Positions 12,038-24,449 are shown, counted from the whole stretch's first letter. The stretch is DNA of 63,931 nucleotides, filler included, from Vicugna vicugna (GCA_013265495.1; 84 parts of 79 records of this genome joined end to end with filler, not necessarily neighbours in it), one strand, 5' to 3'. Numbers and translations are program-made. Notes: generated by a model not told the origin, from the sequence alone.

Positions 12038-13140
12038 NNNNNNNNNNNNNNNNNNNNNNNNNNNNNNNNNNNNNNNNNNNNTTAATTAATTAANNNNNNN
12101 NNNNNNNNNNNNNNNNNNNNNNNNNNNNNNNNNNNNNTAAACATTTTACTCTGGGCCAATGTGTGTTCACATGCAGAAACTCTTTATTTGATTAAAATGG
12201 AAGATTTGGTTAGTGCTTCCATATATTGTGTCTTTTAAGGAACATCTCCCTTAAACTACTGTGTTGCAGAAACACAGCCATATAAAAATGTTCTTCTNNN
12301 NNNNNNNNNNNNNNNNNNNNNNNNNNNNNNNNNNNNNNNNNTTAATTAATTAANNNNNNNNNNNNNNNNNNNNNNNNNNNNNNNNNNNNNNNNNNNNCTT
12401 ATCCGTAAAATTCTGGCTGGAGAGGGTGAGTATGGCTGCCCTGACAGGTAGGGGGGGTGCTGGTCCAGCATAAGGAGGATGAGGAGAGACAGGGCAAACC
12501 CACAGCTGCACCATGACAGTCTCGCGGCTGACTGTGACTTGTCAGTGGGCGGTTTCCTTGTGGAACATTTCCCTGCTGGTCACATAATGAGAGGGCACTC
12601 CCTCGGATAAGCATAGCTAAATGCTGTCTGTATCTCATTTGGGGAGCCCAGAACCTGGGCAGGCCTCTGCATCGTCATCACAATCACAGAATGCTTCCCT
12701 CCAACCCGCGTTTAAGCCGAAATCAAGGTTCCTTATGGGGATGGCCAGAGTCCAGCATCTTTGGCCTCATTTTAAAAAGTTAACACACCATAATGCGGTG
12801 CTCATTCCTGCAAGAGCAAGTATGTGAACAGCCTAAAAAGAGAGAATGAATTAAAATCCTGTTAATTATGCTCAAGGCTAAGACATTCCTTCCTAAGTAA
12901 TTATGAGACGGAGAAGTGTCCCCAGCATTTCTTGGTGCTGATAATTGACAGAGAAAGTGGGAAAGGCGTACTGCGCCCATCTTTCAAGCCCTTGTCCTCC
13001 CTGCTTCCCTGATACAGCCAGGGTAGCCTCTGTCCAGTATNNNNNNNNNNNNNNNNNNNNNNNNNNNNNNNNNNNNNNNNNNNNTTAATTAATTAANNNN
13101 NNNNNNNNNNNNNNNNNNNNNNNNNNNNNNNNNNNNNNNN

Positions 13141-13551
13141 GTGTGTGTTGGAAGTGGGGAAACAGAGTCAATGCATCTTTATGGGAGAACAGTTTTTCCC
13201 AGGTAGATGTTGTAGTTTAAAAAATTTCACTGCCCATTGAAAGGCACTGCCTATTCCTTGGCTTTCGGGCCCAACTCACACCTTCGCTCAAAGCCCCTCT
13301 TAGCAGAACACTCAAGGAAGTCAAGCTAAGGAATTCTACTAGATCCCTGGTGCTTCTGTTATTTGGAGGAGCCTCGCCATACTCAGGAAACCAGAACAAT
13401 TCTTCGCACGTGTGCTGGAGGTGTGGAAACAGGAGCATTTTTCATGGGGCACAGGTATTCCTAGGTTGAAGTATCTAGGGTAAACACCTCCACATCCCAT
13501 GGATAAGCACTCGCTAATACTTCCTTTTAGAGCCCAACCTCCAATTTCCCC
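13141..13551 (+). repeat. Satellite B
   Basis: CACTCAAGGAAGTCAAGCTAAGGAATTCTA..TTGGAGGAGCCTC and CTCGCTAATACTT motifs. Confidence 0.88.
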
Positions 13552-13651
13552 NNNNNNNNNNNNNNNNNNNNNNNNNNNNNNNNNNNNNNNNNNNNTTAAT
13601 TAATTAANNNNNNNNNNNNNNNNNNNNNNNNNNNNNNNNNNNNNNNNNNNN

Positions 13652-14514
13652 CAGAACACAGAATTTAGAATATAAATTACAGAATACTGAATATAGTATG
13701 TAGATTATAGAATGTAGAACACAGAATATAGATTATAGAATAGAGAATATAGAATCAGGAATTTAGAACATGGAATGCAGAACACAGAATTTAGAATATA
13801 CAATTCGGGATACTGAATATAGAATTTCGAATATATTATGTAGAACACAGAATGAAGAACATACAATACCGAATGCAGAATATAGAATACAGTATATAGA
13901 ATGTAGAAAACAGAATATAAAATATTGAAAACAGAATACAAAACTCATAATTTAGTATATTGAGTATAGAACACAGAATTTAGAATATACAATTCGGGAT
14001 ACTGAATATAGAATTTCGAATATATTATGTAGAACACAGAATGAAGAACATACAATACCGAATGCAGAATATAGAATACAGTATATAGAATGTAGAAAAC
14101 AGAATATAAAATATTGAAAACAGAATACAAAACTCATAATTTAGTATATTGAGTATAGAACACAGAATTTAGAATATACAATATGGAATACTGAATATAG
14201 AATTTCGAATATATTATGTAGAACACAGAATAAAGAACATACAATACGGAATGCAGAATATAGAATACAGAATATAGAATGTAGAAAACAGAATATAAAA
14301 TATAGAAAACAGAATACAAAACTCATAATTTAGTACATTGAGTATAGAACACAGAATTTAGAATATACAATATGGAATACTGAATATAGAATTTCGAATA
14401 TATTATGTAGAACACATAATAAAGACCATAGAATACGGATTGTAAAATATAGAATACAGAATAGGAATATAGAACACAGAATATAGAATATAGAATAGGG
14501 AATATAGAACCCAG
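13652..14514 (+). repeat. Satellite C: (AGAATAT)-heptamer-based AT-rich satellite with 189-bp higher-order repeat
   Basis: CAATTCGGGA at 13801 and 13990; TTTAGTA at 13951, 14140 and 14329 (period 189). Confidence 0.93.
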
Positions 14515-14614
14515 NNNNNNNNNNNNNNNNNNNNNNNNNNNNNNNNNNNNNNNNNNNNTTAATTAATTAANNNNNNNNNNNNNNNNNNNNNNNNNNNNNN
14601 NNNNNNNNNNNNNN

Positions 14615-15494
14615 GCAGGAGGGGCCCCACCTGGCTCCTCCCGGCCCCAGTGGCCAGGGTCGGTAAACCAGGAGACCCACCCGAGCAGTTTGCGCTGCGG
14701 GCGGGAGGAGGAGGGGCGCGCACGCGCAGACGGAAAGACGCGCGGACGCCGGAACCCGCCCAGAACGCGTGGAAGCTGGTGGCAGCCGGTTGCTCCTGGA
14801 CCAGCTCCTGGAAGAGGAACAAGCCGCTTGCACGCGGCTCGGCTGCCGCTGCCGGGCAGTTAAGGGGGCGCTGGTGGGGGCGCGCTGCTCGGGGAGCCGG
14901 CGGGTGACTCCTGGGCTGTGCAGCTGAGGAGACGCCCAGGGAGGGGTGCGGAGGTGAGATCCCGGCCTCGCGTCCCGTTAGGACACTGAGTCGGGTCCCA
15001 GCCGCTGCTGTGGTTCGTGGTAACCCCGGTATTAGTAGTTCCTGAACCCCGCGTTTTTGCTGCCGCTTCTACCCGGGTTTAGGAGAGCAGGTACAGCCCC
15101 AGGAGGTGGGAGGGCGCCGGACGGCTCCGGAGCATCTCCGACTAGCCCTCAGACGATGCCCTGCCCCTGGCAGGCAGGTGCGGTGCAGTCGCGGGGCCTC
15201 GGATGGAATGGGTGCTGCCCCATGGGAGCCCCTGGGTTTGCTCCCATCTTCCCGGCGGCCTGACCTTGGGGGCGGCCTCTAAAGCACCAGGTTCGTGGGA
15301 CTCAGGTTACAGGTCAGTCTGCTCCTGGGAGGTGGGCTCGGTGCGATCAGTGTGCTGGGATGGCTGCAGCAGCAGCGGGAAATTGTCGCAACCCCGGCGC
15401 TCCCACAAGGCTGCCCCAATCCCGCCATCGCAACCGCTGCCTTTCCCTTACAGTACAGCACCCGCCTTCCAGGAGCAGGCTGACCTGTAACCTG
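14615..15494. promoter_or_regulatory. CpG island, probable promoter/first exon of an unidentified gene
   Basis: High GC and CpG density. NRF1-consensus CGCGCACGCGCA (14717-14728), GC box and CCGGAA; donor-like GAG|GTGAGA at 14953/14954. Confidence 0.65.
15303..15494. repeat. 34-bp inverted repeat (31/34 match) with 124-bp spacer
   Basis: 15303-15336 CAGGTTACAGGTCAGTCTGCTCCTGGGAGGTGGG versus the reverse complement of 15461-15494, CAGGTTACAGGTCAGCCTGCTCCTGGAAGGCGGG. Confidence 0.9.
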
Positions 15495-15594
15495 NNNNNN
15501 NNNNNNNNNNNNNNNNNNNNNNNNNNNNNNNNNNNNNNTTAATTAATTAANNNNNNNNNNNNNNNNNNNNNNNNNNNNNNNNNNNNNNNNNNNN

Positions 15595-16085
15595 AAATAC
15601 TAATAGATAATAAGAGAGAAATCACTGGGAACACAATCATAGTAGGAGACTATAACACCACATTACCATCATTGGACTGGTCTTTCACACAGAAAATTAA
15701 TAAGGGAATAAAGATACTAATAGACATGATTAAATAATTGGAGTTGGTTGATTCATTCAAAGCACCACTTCCACCCAAAACAGAATATACATTCTTTTCC
15801 CGTGCATATGGTACATTTTCTAGGAAAGATTATGAACTCAGGCACTGAAGAAGCCTCAACAAATTTAAGAAGATAAAANNNNNNNNNNNNNNNNNNNNNN
15901 NNNNNNNNNNNNNNNNNNNNNNNNNNNNNNNNNNNNNNNNNNNNNNNNNNNNNNNNNNNNNNNNNNNNNNNNNNNNNNNNNNNNNNNNNNNNNNNNNNNN
16001 GGTAGTCAAGGAAGAAATTATAATATATCTTAAGAAATACGACAAAACACTACACAAAGTCTAAGGAATACAGTTAAAGCAGACT
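15595..16085 (+). mobile_element. LINE-1 ORF2 endonuclease-domain fragment
   Basis: NTIIVGDYNT and TEYTFFS..YGTFSRKDY motifs; similar to 58503-59314. Confidence 0.88.
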
Positions 16086-16279
16086 NNNNNNNNNNNNNNN
16101 NNNNNNNNNNNNNNNNNNNNNNNNNNNNNTTAATTAATTAANNNNNNNNNNNNNNNNNNNNNNNNNNNNNNNNNNNNNNNNNNNNGTTAAGCAGCTACCC
16201 TCTCCCACTGCCCAACTCAACTAACACTTGTCTAATTATCTTAATTATTTCTTGATGCATGTAAATAAATCTTATATTG

Positions 16280-16435
16280 CTATTATTGTTATTTCAACTA
16301 TACAAAGGAAAAATATGAAGTTTTGAGAGGTTGTGTGCCTCATCTAGTGTTACTGAGTTAGTATGTAGTTGAATAAAAACACAAATTAAAGAGTCTAGCT
16401 CAAGATACTGTATGCTTAACATTACACTGTCTTGA
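16280..16435 (-). mobile_element. MIR fragment
   Basis: Antisense MIR-like: GAAAAATATGAAGTTTTGAGAGGTT..GTCTAGCTCAAG..TGCTTAACATTACACTG. Confidence 0.5.
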
Positions 16436-16634
16436 CTCCATATTATCAGGTTAATCAATTTCACCTACATGGGTATAAGATAGGAAATTCAGAGGAGCAA
16501 GCTTATTCATTTTGAATGACCAAGACAAGTAAATGAGTCTACCTGAAAGTGTTAGAGACATAAAATCACATCAACAATTACTAAAAAACAAAACAAAACT
16601 ACTGCACTACTAAATTATAACAAAGAAGAAAAGA

Positions 16635-17088
16635 TGAGGCAGTATAGTACAGTTAAGGTCAACAGTGGCCTTTGGAAGTAGACAGCCTGACCTTTGAATG
16701 CTCTCTCTGCTATTTAAAAAGCTGTGTANNNNNNNNNNNNNNNNNNNNNNNNNNNNNNNNNNNNNNNNNNNNNNNNNNNNNNNNNNNNNNNNNNNNNNNN
16801 NNNNNNNNNNNNNNNNNNNNNNNNNNNNNNNNNNNNNNNNNNNNNNNNNNNNNNNNNNNNNNNNNNNNNNNNNNNNNNNNNNNNNNNNNNNNNNNNNNNN
16901 NNNNNNNNNNNNNNNNNNNNNNNNNNNNNNNNNNNNNNNNNNNNNNNNNAAAAAAAAAAAAAAGCTGTGTAACCACAGCCAAATCACTCAACCTCTCTGT
17001 GCACCAGTTTCTTCATTTTCAAGAGACAGTATCTTACAAAAAAGTTGTAAATAATAAATGTAAATTATGTAGAGCCTCGTGTGTAGCT
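16635..17088 (+). mobile_element. MIR interrupted by a younger poly(A) retroelement hidden in the N gap
   Basis: MIR head GGCAGTATAGTACAGTTAAG and core TCACTCAACCTCTCTGTGCACCAGTTTCTTCAT. AAAAAGCTGTGTA occurs on both sides of the gap. Confidence 0.7.
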
Positions 17089-18131
17089 NNNNNNNNNNNN
17101 NNNNNNNNNNNNNNNNNNNNNNNNNNNNNNNNTTAATTAATTAANNNNNNNNNNNNNNNNNNNNNNNNNNNNNNNNNNNNNNNNNNNNACACCCACCATA
17201 TTTCTCCACTTGTTTCTTGCCTCTCCACTCTTATCATGTTGAGTGGTGGGAGCATCTTTGATCAACTCACCTGTTTTATTTTCTGCCAAATGGGCTGTTC
17301 TCTCTCACTCAAGGAATAGCTGATAAAGATGAGTTTTGAAGATCATTAGTAGAGATCACCAACCAGCATGAATATATCCAAAGCTAAGTCTCAATTTGCT
17401 TTTAAACATCACCAACCCTAAGAAGCATTTGTCTGGTAAACAAGGATAGATATCAATAAATGCCCCTGCTCCTCATCCAACTGAAGGCCAAAGCAAAACT
17501 ATAAAAGCTGTTGAAATTCAATCAAGCAAATTAAGTGCACCTACTAATGATGCTGGCATTCTGTTTATAAGACTGAGAATCTCAACATTTTTTCTTAATT
17601 TGGATTATACTGAGAGGAAATTCAAGCAAAAAATACAAATGAAAAGTTAAAAGAATTAAACAATATTTAAATCCTAGCAGCCTGGATAAATTAACTGGAA
17701 GGAAGAAAGAACATTGAATAAAACATAATATTGGGGGAAACTAATGTGGCTCCTTTAAAATGAATTTAAAGGGATTAAGAGATAAACAAGGACTAGTAAA
17801 AGTAAAAAGCTAGTTCTCAGATAAAGACCTAGAACTGGATCTCAACTAGAATACTTAACAATGGAAGTACAATTGTCAATGGAAGGACACACCAAAAACT
17901 GTAAAAGGGAACCCCTAAACCTCCTGCCTTCACTCACTTTATTTCCATGTGCTGCTGCAGTGCCGAACATACAGAAAGCATTTACATACAGAAAGCATTT
18001 CATATACTCACTGATATGACTGGGGAAACCCNNNNNNNNNNNNNNNNNNNNNNNNNNNNNNNNNNNNNNNNNNNNTTAATTAATTAANNNNNNNNNNNNN
18101 NNNNNNNNNNNNNNNNNNNNNNNNNNNNNNN

Positions 18132-19269
18132 GAATATAGAATATAGAACACGGAATGCAGAATATATTATACAGAAAATAGAATGTAGAACACAAAGTAT
18201 AGAATATGAAAAACAGAATAGAGAACCCAGAATTTAGAACATGGAATGCAGAACACATAATTTAGAATATAGAATACAGAATAATGAATATAGAAATAAG
18301 AATATAGAATGTAGAACACAGAATATAGGATATACTATATAAAATATAGAAACCAGAATTTAGAACGTGGAATGCAAACACAGAATTTAGAATATATAAA
18401 ACAGAATACTGAATATAGAATTTAGAAAATAGAATGCAGAACACAGAATTTAGAATATAGGAAACAGAACACTGAATATAGAGATAAGAATTANNNNNNN
18501 NNNNNNNNNNNNNNNNNNNNNNNNNNNNNNNNNNNNNNNNNNNNNNNNNNNNNNNNNNNNNNNNNNNNNNNNNNNNNNNNNNNNNNNNNNNNNNNNNNNN
18601 NNNNNNNNNNNNNNNNNNNNNNNNNNNNNNNNNNNNNNNNNNNNNNNNNNNNNNNNNNNNNNNNNNNNNNNNNNNNNNNNNNNNNNNNNNNNNNNNNNNN
18701 NNNNNNNNNNNNNNNNNNNNNNNNNNNNNNNNNNNNNNNNNNNNNNNNNNNNNNNNNNNNNNNNNNNNNNNNNNNNNNNNNNNNNNNNNNNNNNNNNNNN
18801 NNNNNNNNNNNNNNNNNNNNNNNNNNNNNNNNNNNNNNNNNNNNNNNNNNNNNNNNNNNNNNNNNNNNNNNNNNNNNNNNNNNNNNNNNNNNNNNNNNNN
18901 NNNNNNNNNNNNNNNNNNNNNNNNNNNNNNNNNNNNNNNNNNNNNNNNNNNNNNNNNNNNNNNNNNNNNNNNNNNNNNNNNNNNNNNNNNNNNNNNNNNN
19001 NNNNNNNNNNNNNNNNNNNNNNNNNNNNNNNNNNNNNNNNNNNNNNNNNNNNNNNNNNNNNNNNNNNNNNNNNNNNNNNNNNNNNNNNNNNNNNNNNNNN
19101 NNNNNNNNNNNNNNNNNNNNNNNNNNNNNNNNNNNNNNNNNNNNNNNNNNNNNNNNNNNNNNNNNNNNNNNNNNNNNNNNNNNNNNNNNNNNNNNNNNNN
19201 NNNNNNNNNNNNNNNNNNATAGAACACTGAATATAGAATATAGAACACGGAATGCAGAATATGGAATAC
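18132..19269 (+). repeat. Satellite C (heptamer-based AT-rich)
   Basis: AGAATAT, AGAACAC, AGAATTT and GGAATGC heptamer variants in tandem. Confidence 0.92.
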
Positions 19270-19369
19270 NNNNNNNNNNNNNNNNNNNNNNNNNNNNNNN
19301 NNNNNNNNNNNNNTTAATTAATTAANNNNNNNNNNNNNNNNNNNNNNNNNNNNNNNNNNNNNNNNNNNN

Positions 19370-19785
19370 GTGTTCCCTGTGCGGGGAAGTCCGAGAAAAA
19401 ACTTCCCTGAACTTTGGGAGGAAGCCTCTGTCACTGGGATTTCCTGCAACCCCCCTAGCATTCCTTGGCACAGAGACACTAGGAAAATCTTCAGGGGAGA
19501 CGAGCTAAGGCATTCCGTTAGAACCCACGCGCTGCCGACAGTTGGTGGAACCTCCCCACGCTCAGGATTCCGGAAACATTGTCAGTGCGTGGGGGATCCC
19601 GAGAGACAACTCCACGCAGCNNNNNNNNNNNNNNNNNNNNNNNNNNNNNNNNNNNNNNNNNNNNNNNNNNNNNNNNNNNNNNNNNNNNNNNNNNNNNAGG
19701 CTGCCTCCTGGGATATCCTGCAAACCCGCCTAGCATTTCTTGGCACAGAGATATTAGGAAAACTCTCAGAGGAGACGAGCTTAGG
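19370..19785 (+). repeat. Satellite A
   Basis: Diagnostic satellite A motifs. Confidence 0.93.
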
Positions 19786-21521
19786 NNNNNNNNNNNNNNN
19801 NNNNNNNNNNNNNNNNNNNNNNNNNNNNNTTAATTAATTAANNNNNNNNNNNNNNNNNNNNNNNNNNNNNNNNNNNNNNNNNNNNCAGTGATAATTTGGC
19901 ATATGTTAAAAAGCCACTAGAAAAGGAAATAATTTTACCTAGTTCTTATCCTCCCCTTTTGCTTAATTGCCTACTCAACTAGTGGTTTTCTCATCTGTGA
20001 CATTCTAAGACCCAAGGCCACCCCTTAACCCCACCTCTCTGGGAACTCTCATTCCCCTTTCTAGTTTATTTCTGATTTAAGCAGGCTTCAGTAAATCCCA
20101 TTTTCTACTGATAAAGAATTTGTGCTTTTCACTTGATGCCAAATGATAAAACTTAATGTTAGCAGCTTTTTAAAATGTTAACTGCTCATTCCTTTTTGTA
20201 GTTTGATATTGTTATTCAACTACTGTAAATAAATGCTAATTAACAAAATGTCAATTGACTTTCCAAGCAGAACGGCTTTTACTTTTCAAAACAGTTTCAT
20301 CTTTATCAGCAACAGATGAGGAACCACCATATCTGACAACACAGTGATCCATTATCATTCCAACATATGCATTTTAAATTAGGCTCAATANNNNNNNNNN
20401 NNNNNNNNNNNNNNNNNNNNNNNNNNNNNNNNNNTTAATTAATTAANNNNNNNNNNNNNNNNNNNNNNNNNNNNNNNNNNNNNNNNNNNNCCAGGTCGCA
20501 CTCAGGGTGACTTTCTGTTGTCACATCTTCAGACAACATCTGAGTTTCCTCCGAACAGCAAATCTGACACTGTCCCAGCCTCTTCCTCATCTCACAACTG
20601 AGACTGATCGTTCCTGTTGTATCTCAGCCTGCTCATGTGTCCACAGGCAGACAGGACTTGCTCCGAGATGAACACCTCCCTGTGAAGATGTTATAAGTGG
20701 TAGACAGTGTTGAGTCCTGGCTCCTCCCATCTTAGCATCTAAGCGTGACCCCAGGATGCTTCTTGTCTAAGAGCTTCATTGTGAGGTCTGAGATCCAAAA
20801 TCAACATGCAGAAGTGAGCGGTAAAATACACACTGGCAATGAACCATCAGAAATTGACAATAAAAAGAAAAAATACCAATAATGACATCAAATTAAGAAA
20901 TACACAAGGATAAATTTGAAAAATAAAAGCCTCCCAATCTTGTACAACAACAGAGCCTCCTTGACCCCCGCAGGGCTCCTCCTGAGTGGGAGGGTGATGA
21001 CCACTGTCACACAGCTGAGCACAGCCCGGATGGGCTGGGACTCCAGTCCCTGGGACGGGAGATGGGCATCTGCCCCCCACTCNNNNNNNNNNNNTCCCTG
21101 CTCCCGCTGTGGCCAACACTAGCTGTGGTTTTGGAATCTGCCATCACTTCAGCTACAAGATCCAGAGTGATGTTCTGGAGTCAGTGTGCTCCTCAATGGG
21201 CTGAAAGTAACCTCCTCTCTTACTGATCTTCCAATGACAAATCACTTGTCACCAGTCTGTAGAGTAGCCCCCATCATTCTGTCTGGGGAGGACAAGGAGA
21301 AATCAAGTCCAGCCCAAGGGAACCAGGGAACCAGTTCCTGCTCTGGCCGGTCCCCAGGTGTCCCATGAGCCTGGCTCAGGCTCTGCTGCTGAGCCCTGGA
21401 CTCTGAGACCTTCACGAAGCANNNNNNNNNNNNNNNNNNNNNNNNNNNNNNNNNNNNNNNNNNNNTTAATTAATTAANNNNNNNNNNNNNNNNNNNNNNN
21501 NNNNNNNNNNNNNNNNNNNNN

Positions 21522-22258
21522 TCGCTAATACTTGGTTTAGAGCCAAATCCTAACTTTCCCCCGCACGCCGGCCTTTTCAATCCATCATGGAATACAAGTT
21601 AAGGTACTGTATTAGAACTCAGGCGCTGCTGTTAGCGGGAAGAACTTCCCCACAATCAAGACAACTGAACCCAATGCCGTGTGTGTGCTGGAGGATGGAA
21701 GCAGAGTCCACGCATCTTTCTGGGGGCACAGGTGTTCCCAGGTTGGGGATGTTTTTAAACACTTCCACTGCTCATAGATAGGCACTCGCTATTACATTGG
21801 TTTACTGTCCAACCACACCTTCGCTCACAGCCCGGCCTATGGAAACACTCAGGGAAGTCAAGCCACGTGATTCTATTAGAACCCAGGTGCTGCTATCAGT
21901 TGGAGGAGCCTCCCCACACTCAGGATACCAGAAAATTTCTTCATGTGTGTCCTGGAGGTGGGGAAACAAAGTCCACGTTTATTTATTGGATCACAGGTGT
22001 TCCCAGGTTGGGGATGTAGGTAAACACTTCCTCTGCTCATAGAGAGGCACTCGCTATTACTTTGGTTTAAACCACTTTAACTCACATCACGGCCAAAGGA
22101 AACAATCAGGTATATCAATCCAAGAGATTCTATTAGATCACAGGGGCTGCCATAAGTTTGAGGAGCTTCCCCACATTTAGGATAGTCGAAAAGATTTTCG
22201 TGTGTGTGCTGGTGTTGGGGAAACAGATCTACACATCTCGCAAGGGGCACAGGTATTC
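21522..22258 (+). repeat. Satellite B
   Basis: About 2.8 diverged monomers; the first matches 45301-45442. Confidence 0.9.
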
Positions 22259-22439
22259 NNNNNNNNNNNNNNNNNNNNNNNNNNNNNNNNNNNNNNNNNN
22301 NNTTAATTAATTAANNNNNNNNNNNNNNNNNNNNNNNNNNNNNNNNNNNNNNNNNNNNGAACTTTTACATGTTCTTAACTATTATCAAGCTAGACACAAT
22401 CTTCCATTTTTCATGGCTCTTTTTAAAATTTCAGCTTTT

Positions 22440-22605
22440 AAAAACTAATTTTATTTACTTGTTTATTATTTTTGTTTGTTTTTGCTTGGGTGGAGGTAAT
22501 TATGTTTATTTGTTTACTTATTTATTTTAGTGGAGGTACTGGGGATTGAACCCAGGGCCTCATGCATGCTAAGCATGCACTCTGTCATTGAGCTAAACAT
22601 CCCCC
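22440..22605 (-). mobile_element. tRNA-derived camelid SINE (Vic-1-like), antisense
   Basis: TGGAGGTACTGGGGATTGAACCCAGG..CATGCTAAGCATGCACTCT..TGAGCTA is the antisense of the 8313 element. T-rich tail; TCAGCTTTT on both flanks. Confidence 0.85.
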
Positions 22606-22616
22606 TACATGTCAGC

Positions 22617-23050
22617 TTTTTTTGAGGTATAATTCACATGTAAAATTGTAAGATATTGAAATACATCTTGGTGATTTGATATATGTTTACAATGTGAAAG
22701 TATTCCCTCATCTAGTTAATTAATATCCATCACTTCTCTTTCTTTCCTTCTTTCACCCTTCCTTCTTTTTCTTTCTCTCCCTTTCTTTCTCTCTCTTTCT
22801 TTCTCTCTCTCTTTCTCTCTCTTTTCCTTTCTTCCTTTCTTCCTGTGAGAATATTTAGGTTTTACCCTCTTATCTGTTTCAATTATACAAAACAAATCAA
22901 CCATAATCACCATGTGTTTCATTAGATCCTCAGACTGTATTCATCTTATATCTCAACATTTTCCCCTCTTACCAACCTCTCCCTATTCCTCCTACCCCAA
23001 AGCTCTGGGAACCAATTTTTTACCCTCTTTCTATATGAGTTTGCTTTTTC
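22617..23050 (-). mobile_element. LINE-1 (L1MA-type) 3' end with internal CT-rich microsatellite
   Basis: TTTTTGAGGTATAATTCACA..CATTAGATCCTCAGA..TTCATCTTATA antisense L1MA 3' motifs; TC-rich tract about 22733-22842. Confidence 0.75.
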
Positions 23051-23392
23051 ATGGATGCATTATCTGAGGCAATTCAAAAAATTTCCCCCAATTACAGTTT
23101 CTTTCTCAGATTCATCACTCCATTTCGTTATTTTTCCATGTCATAGAAAAATACTCCCAACCAGCAACAGATCAGGTTAGCAGGCCGTGACCCAATAGGA
23201 TGTACAGTGTGGCTCCATTTACTTTGGGAATCGACTGTGGGACTAAGCATTCTCACAACTTAGGACAACATAACTTGACATCACACAAAATTNNNNNNNN
23301 NNNNNNNNNNNNNNNNNNNNNNNNNNNNNNNNNNNNTTAATTAATTAANNNNNNNNNNNNNNNNNNNNNNNNNNNNNNNNNNNNNNNNNNNN

Positions 23393-24449
23393 TGGAGGAA
23401 AAGGTGTTCCGTTTAGGGAGAAGTCCACTAAGTACTTACTCAGAGGATCAGGTGGCATTCACTGCTACGTGGCCTCCAAGCCCAACCCCCAGCTTTCCCT
23501 CATGGCCTGGCCTAAAAGAACACTCAGGGAACAGAAGCTAAGGGATACTAATAGAACCCACGTGCTGCTGTCAGTTTGAGGAACCTCCCCACACTCAGAA
23601 CACCAGAACACTTCTTCGCGTGTGTGCTGGGTGTAGGGAAACAGTCAAAGCATCTTTCAGGGGGCACATTTATTCCATGGTTGTGGGTTGTAGGTTAAAA
23701 ACCCACATCCCATGGATAGGCTCTCGCTAATACTTGGTTTAGAGCCCAACCNNNNNNNNNNNNNNNNNNNNNNNNNNNNNNNNNNNNNNNNNNNNNNNNN
23801 NNNNNNNNNNNNNNNNNNNNNNNNNNNNNNNNNNNNNNNNNNNNNNNNNNNNNNNNNNNNNNNNNNNNNNNNNNNNNNNNNNNNNNNNNNNNNNNNNNNN
23901 NNNNNNNNNNNNNNNNNNNNNNNNNNNNNNNNNNNNNNNNNTTGGGGAAGTAGTTTAAAACCCTCCACTACCCACAGAGATGCACTCGCTAATACTTGGC
24001 TTTAGAGCCCATCCCCCACCATCGCTTACTGCTAGGCCTAGGAAAACACTTAGGGAAGTCAAGCTAAGGGATTCTATTAAAACCTTGGTGCTGCTGTCTG
24101 TTGGAGGAACCTCCCCACACTCTGAACCCCTAAACACTTCTTCCTATGTGGGCTGGACGTGTGGAAACATAGCACACGCATTTTTCAGGGGTCACAGTAA
24201 TTCCCAAGTTGTGGGTTGTAGTTTAAACATCTCCACTGCCCATGGAGAGGCACACGCTAATACTTAGTTTTAGATCCCAAATCCCACTTTCAACCACACA
24301 CTGGCCTAGGCAAACCATCAGGGAAGACAAGCAAAGGGATTCTATTAAAAGCAAGACGCTGATGTCAGTTGGAGGAACTACCCCACAATCAGGATACTGC
24401 AACACATCCTTGTGTGGTCGGGAGATTTGAAGCCCCACTCCACGCAGAT
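23393..24449 (+). repeat. Satellite B (about 4 monomer subtypes in order)
   Basis: Colinear with 44493-45250. Confidence 0.9.

Noticed and set aside
13705..14326. Repeated hydrophobic YSVFYIL ORFs (also 59367-60221)
   Set aside because: Translations of the heptamer satellite's T-rich strand.
14787..14830. LLLDQLLEEEQ peptide resembling the DUX LLDELL motif
   Set aside because: Its frame has an upstream TAA and no ATG or other DUX similarity, and the context looks like a promoter; treated as chance.
21218..21300. Minus-strand exon-like segment vaguely resembling an MHC class I cytoplasmic exon
   Set aside because: All three frames contain a stop and the similarity is too short to support a call.
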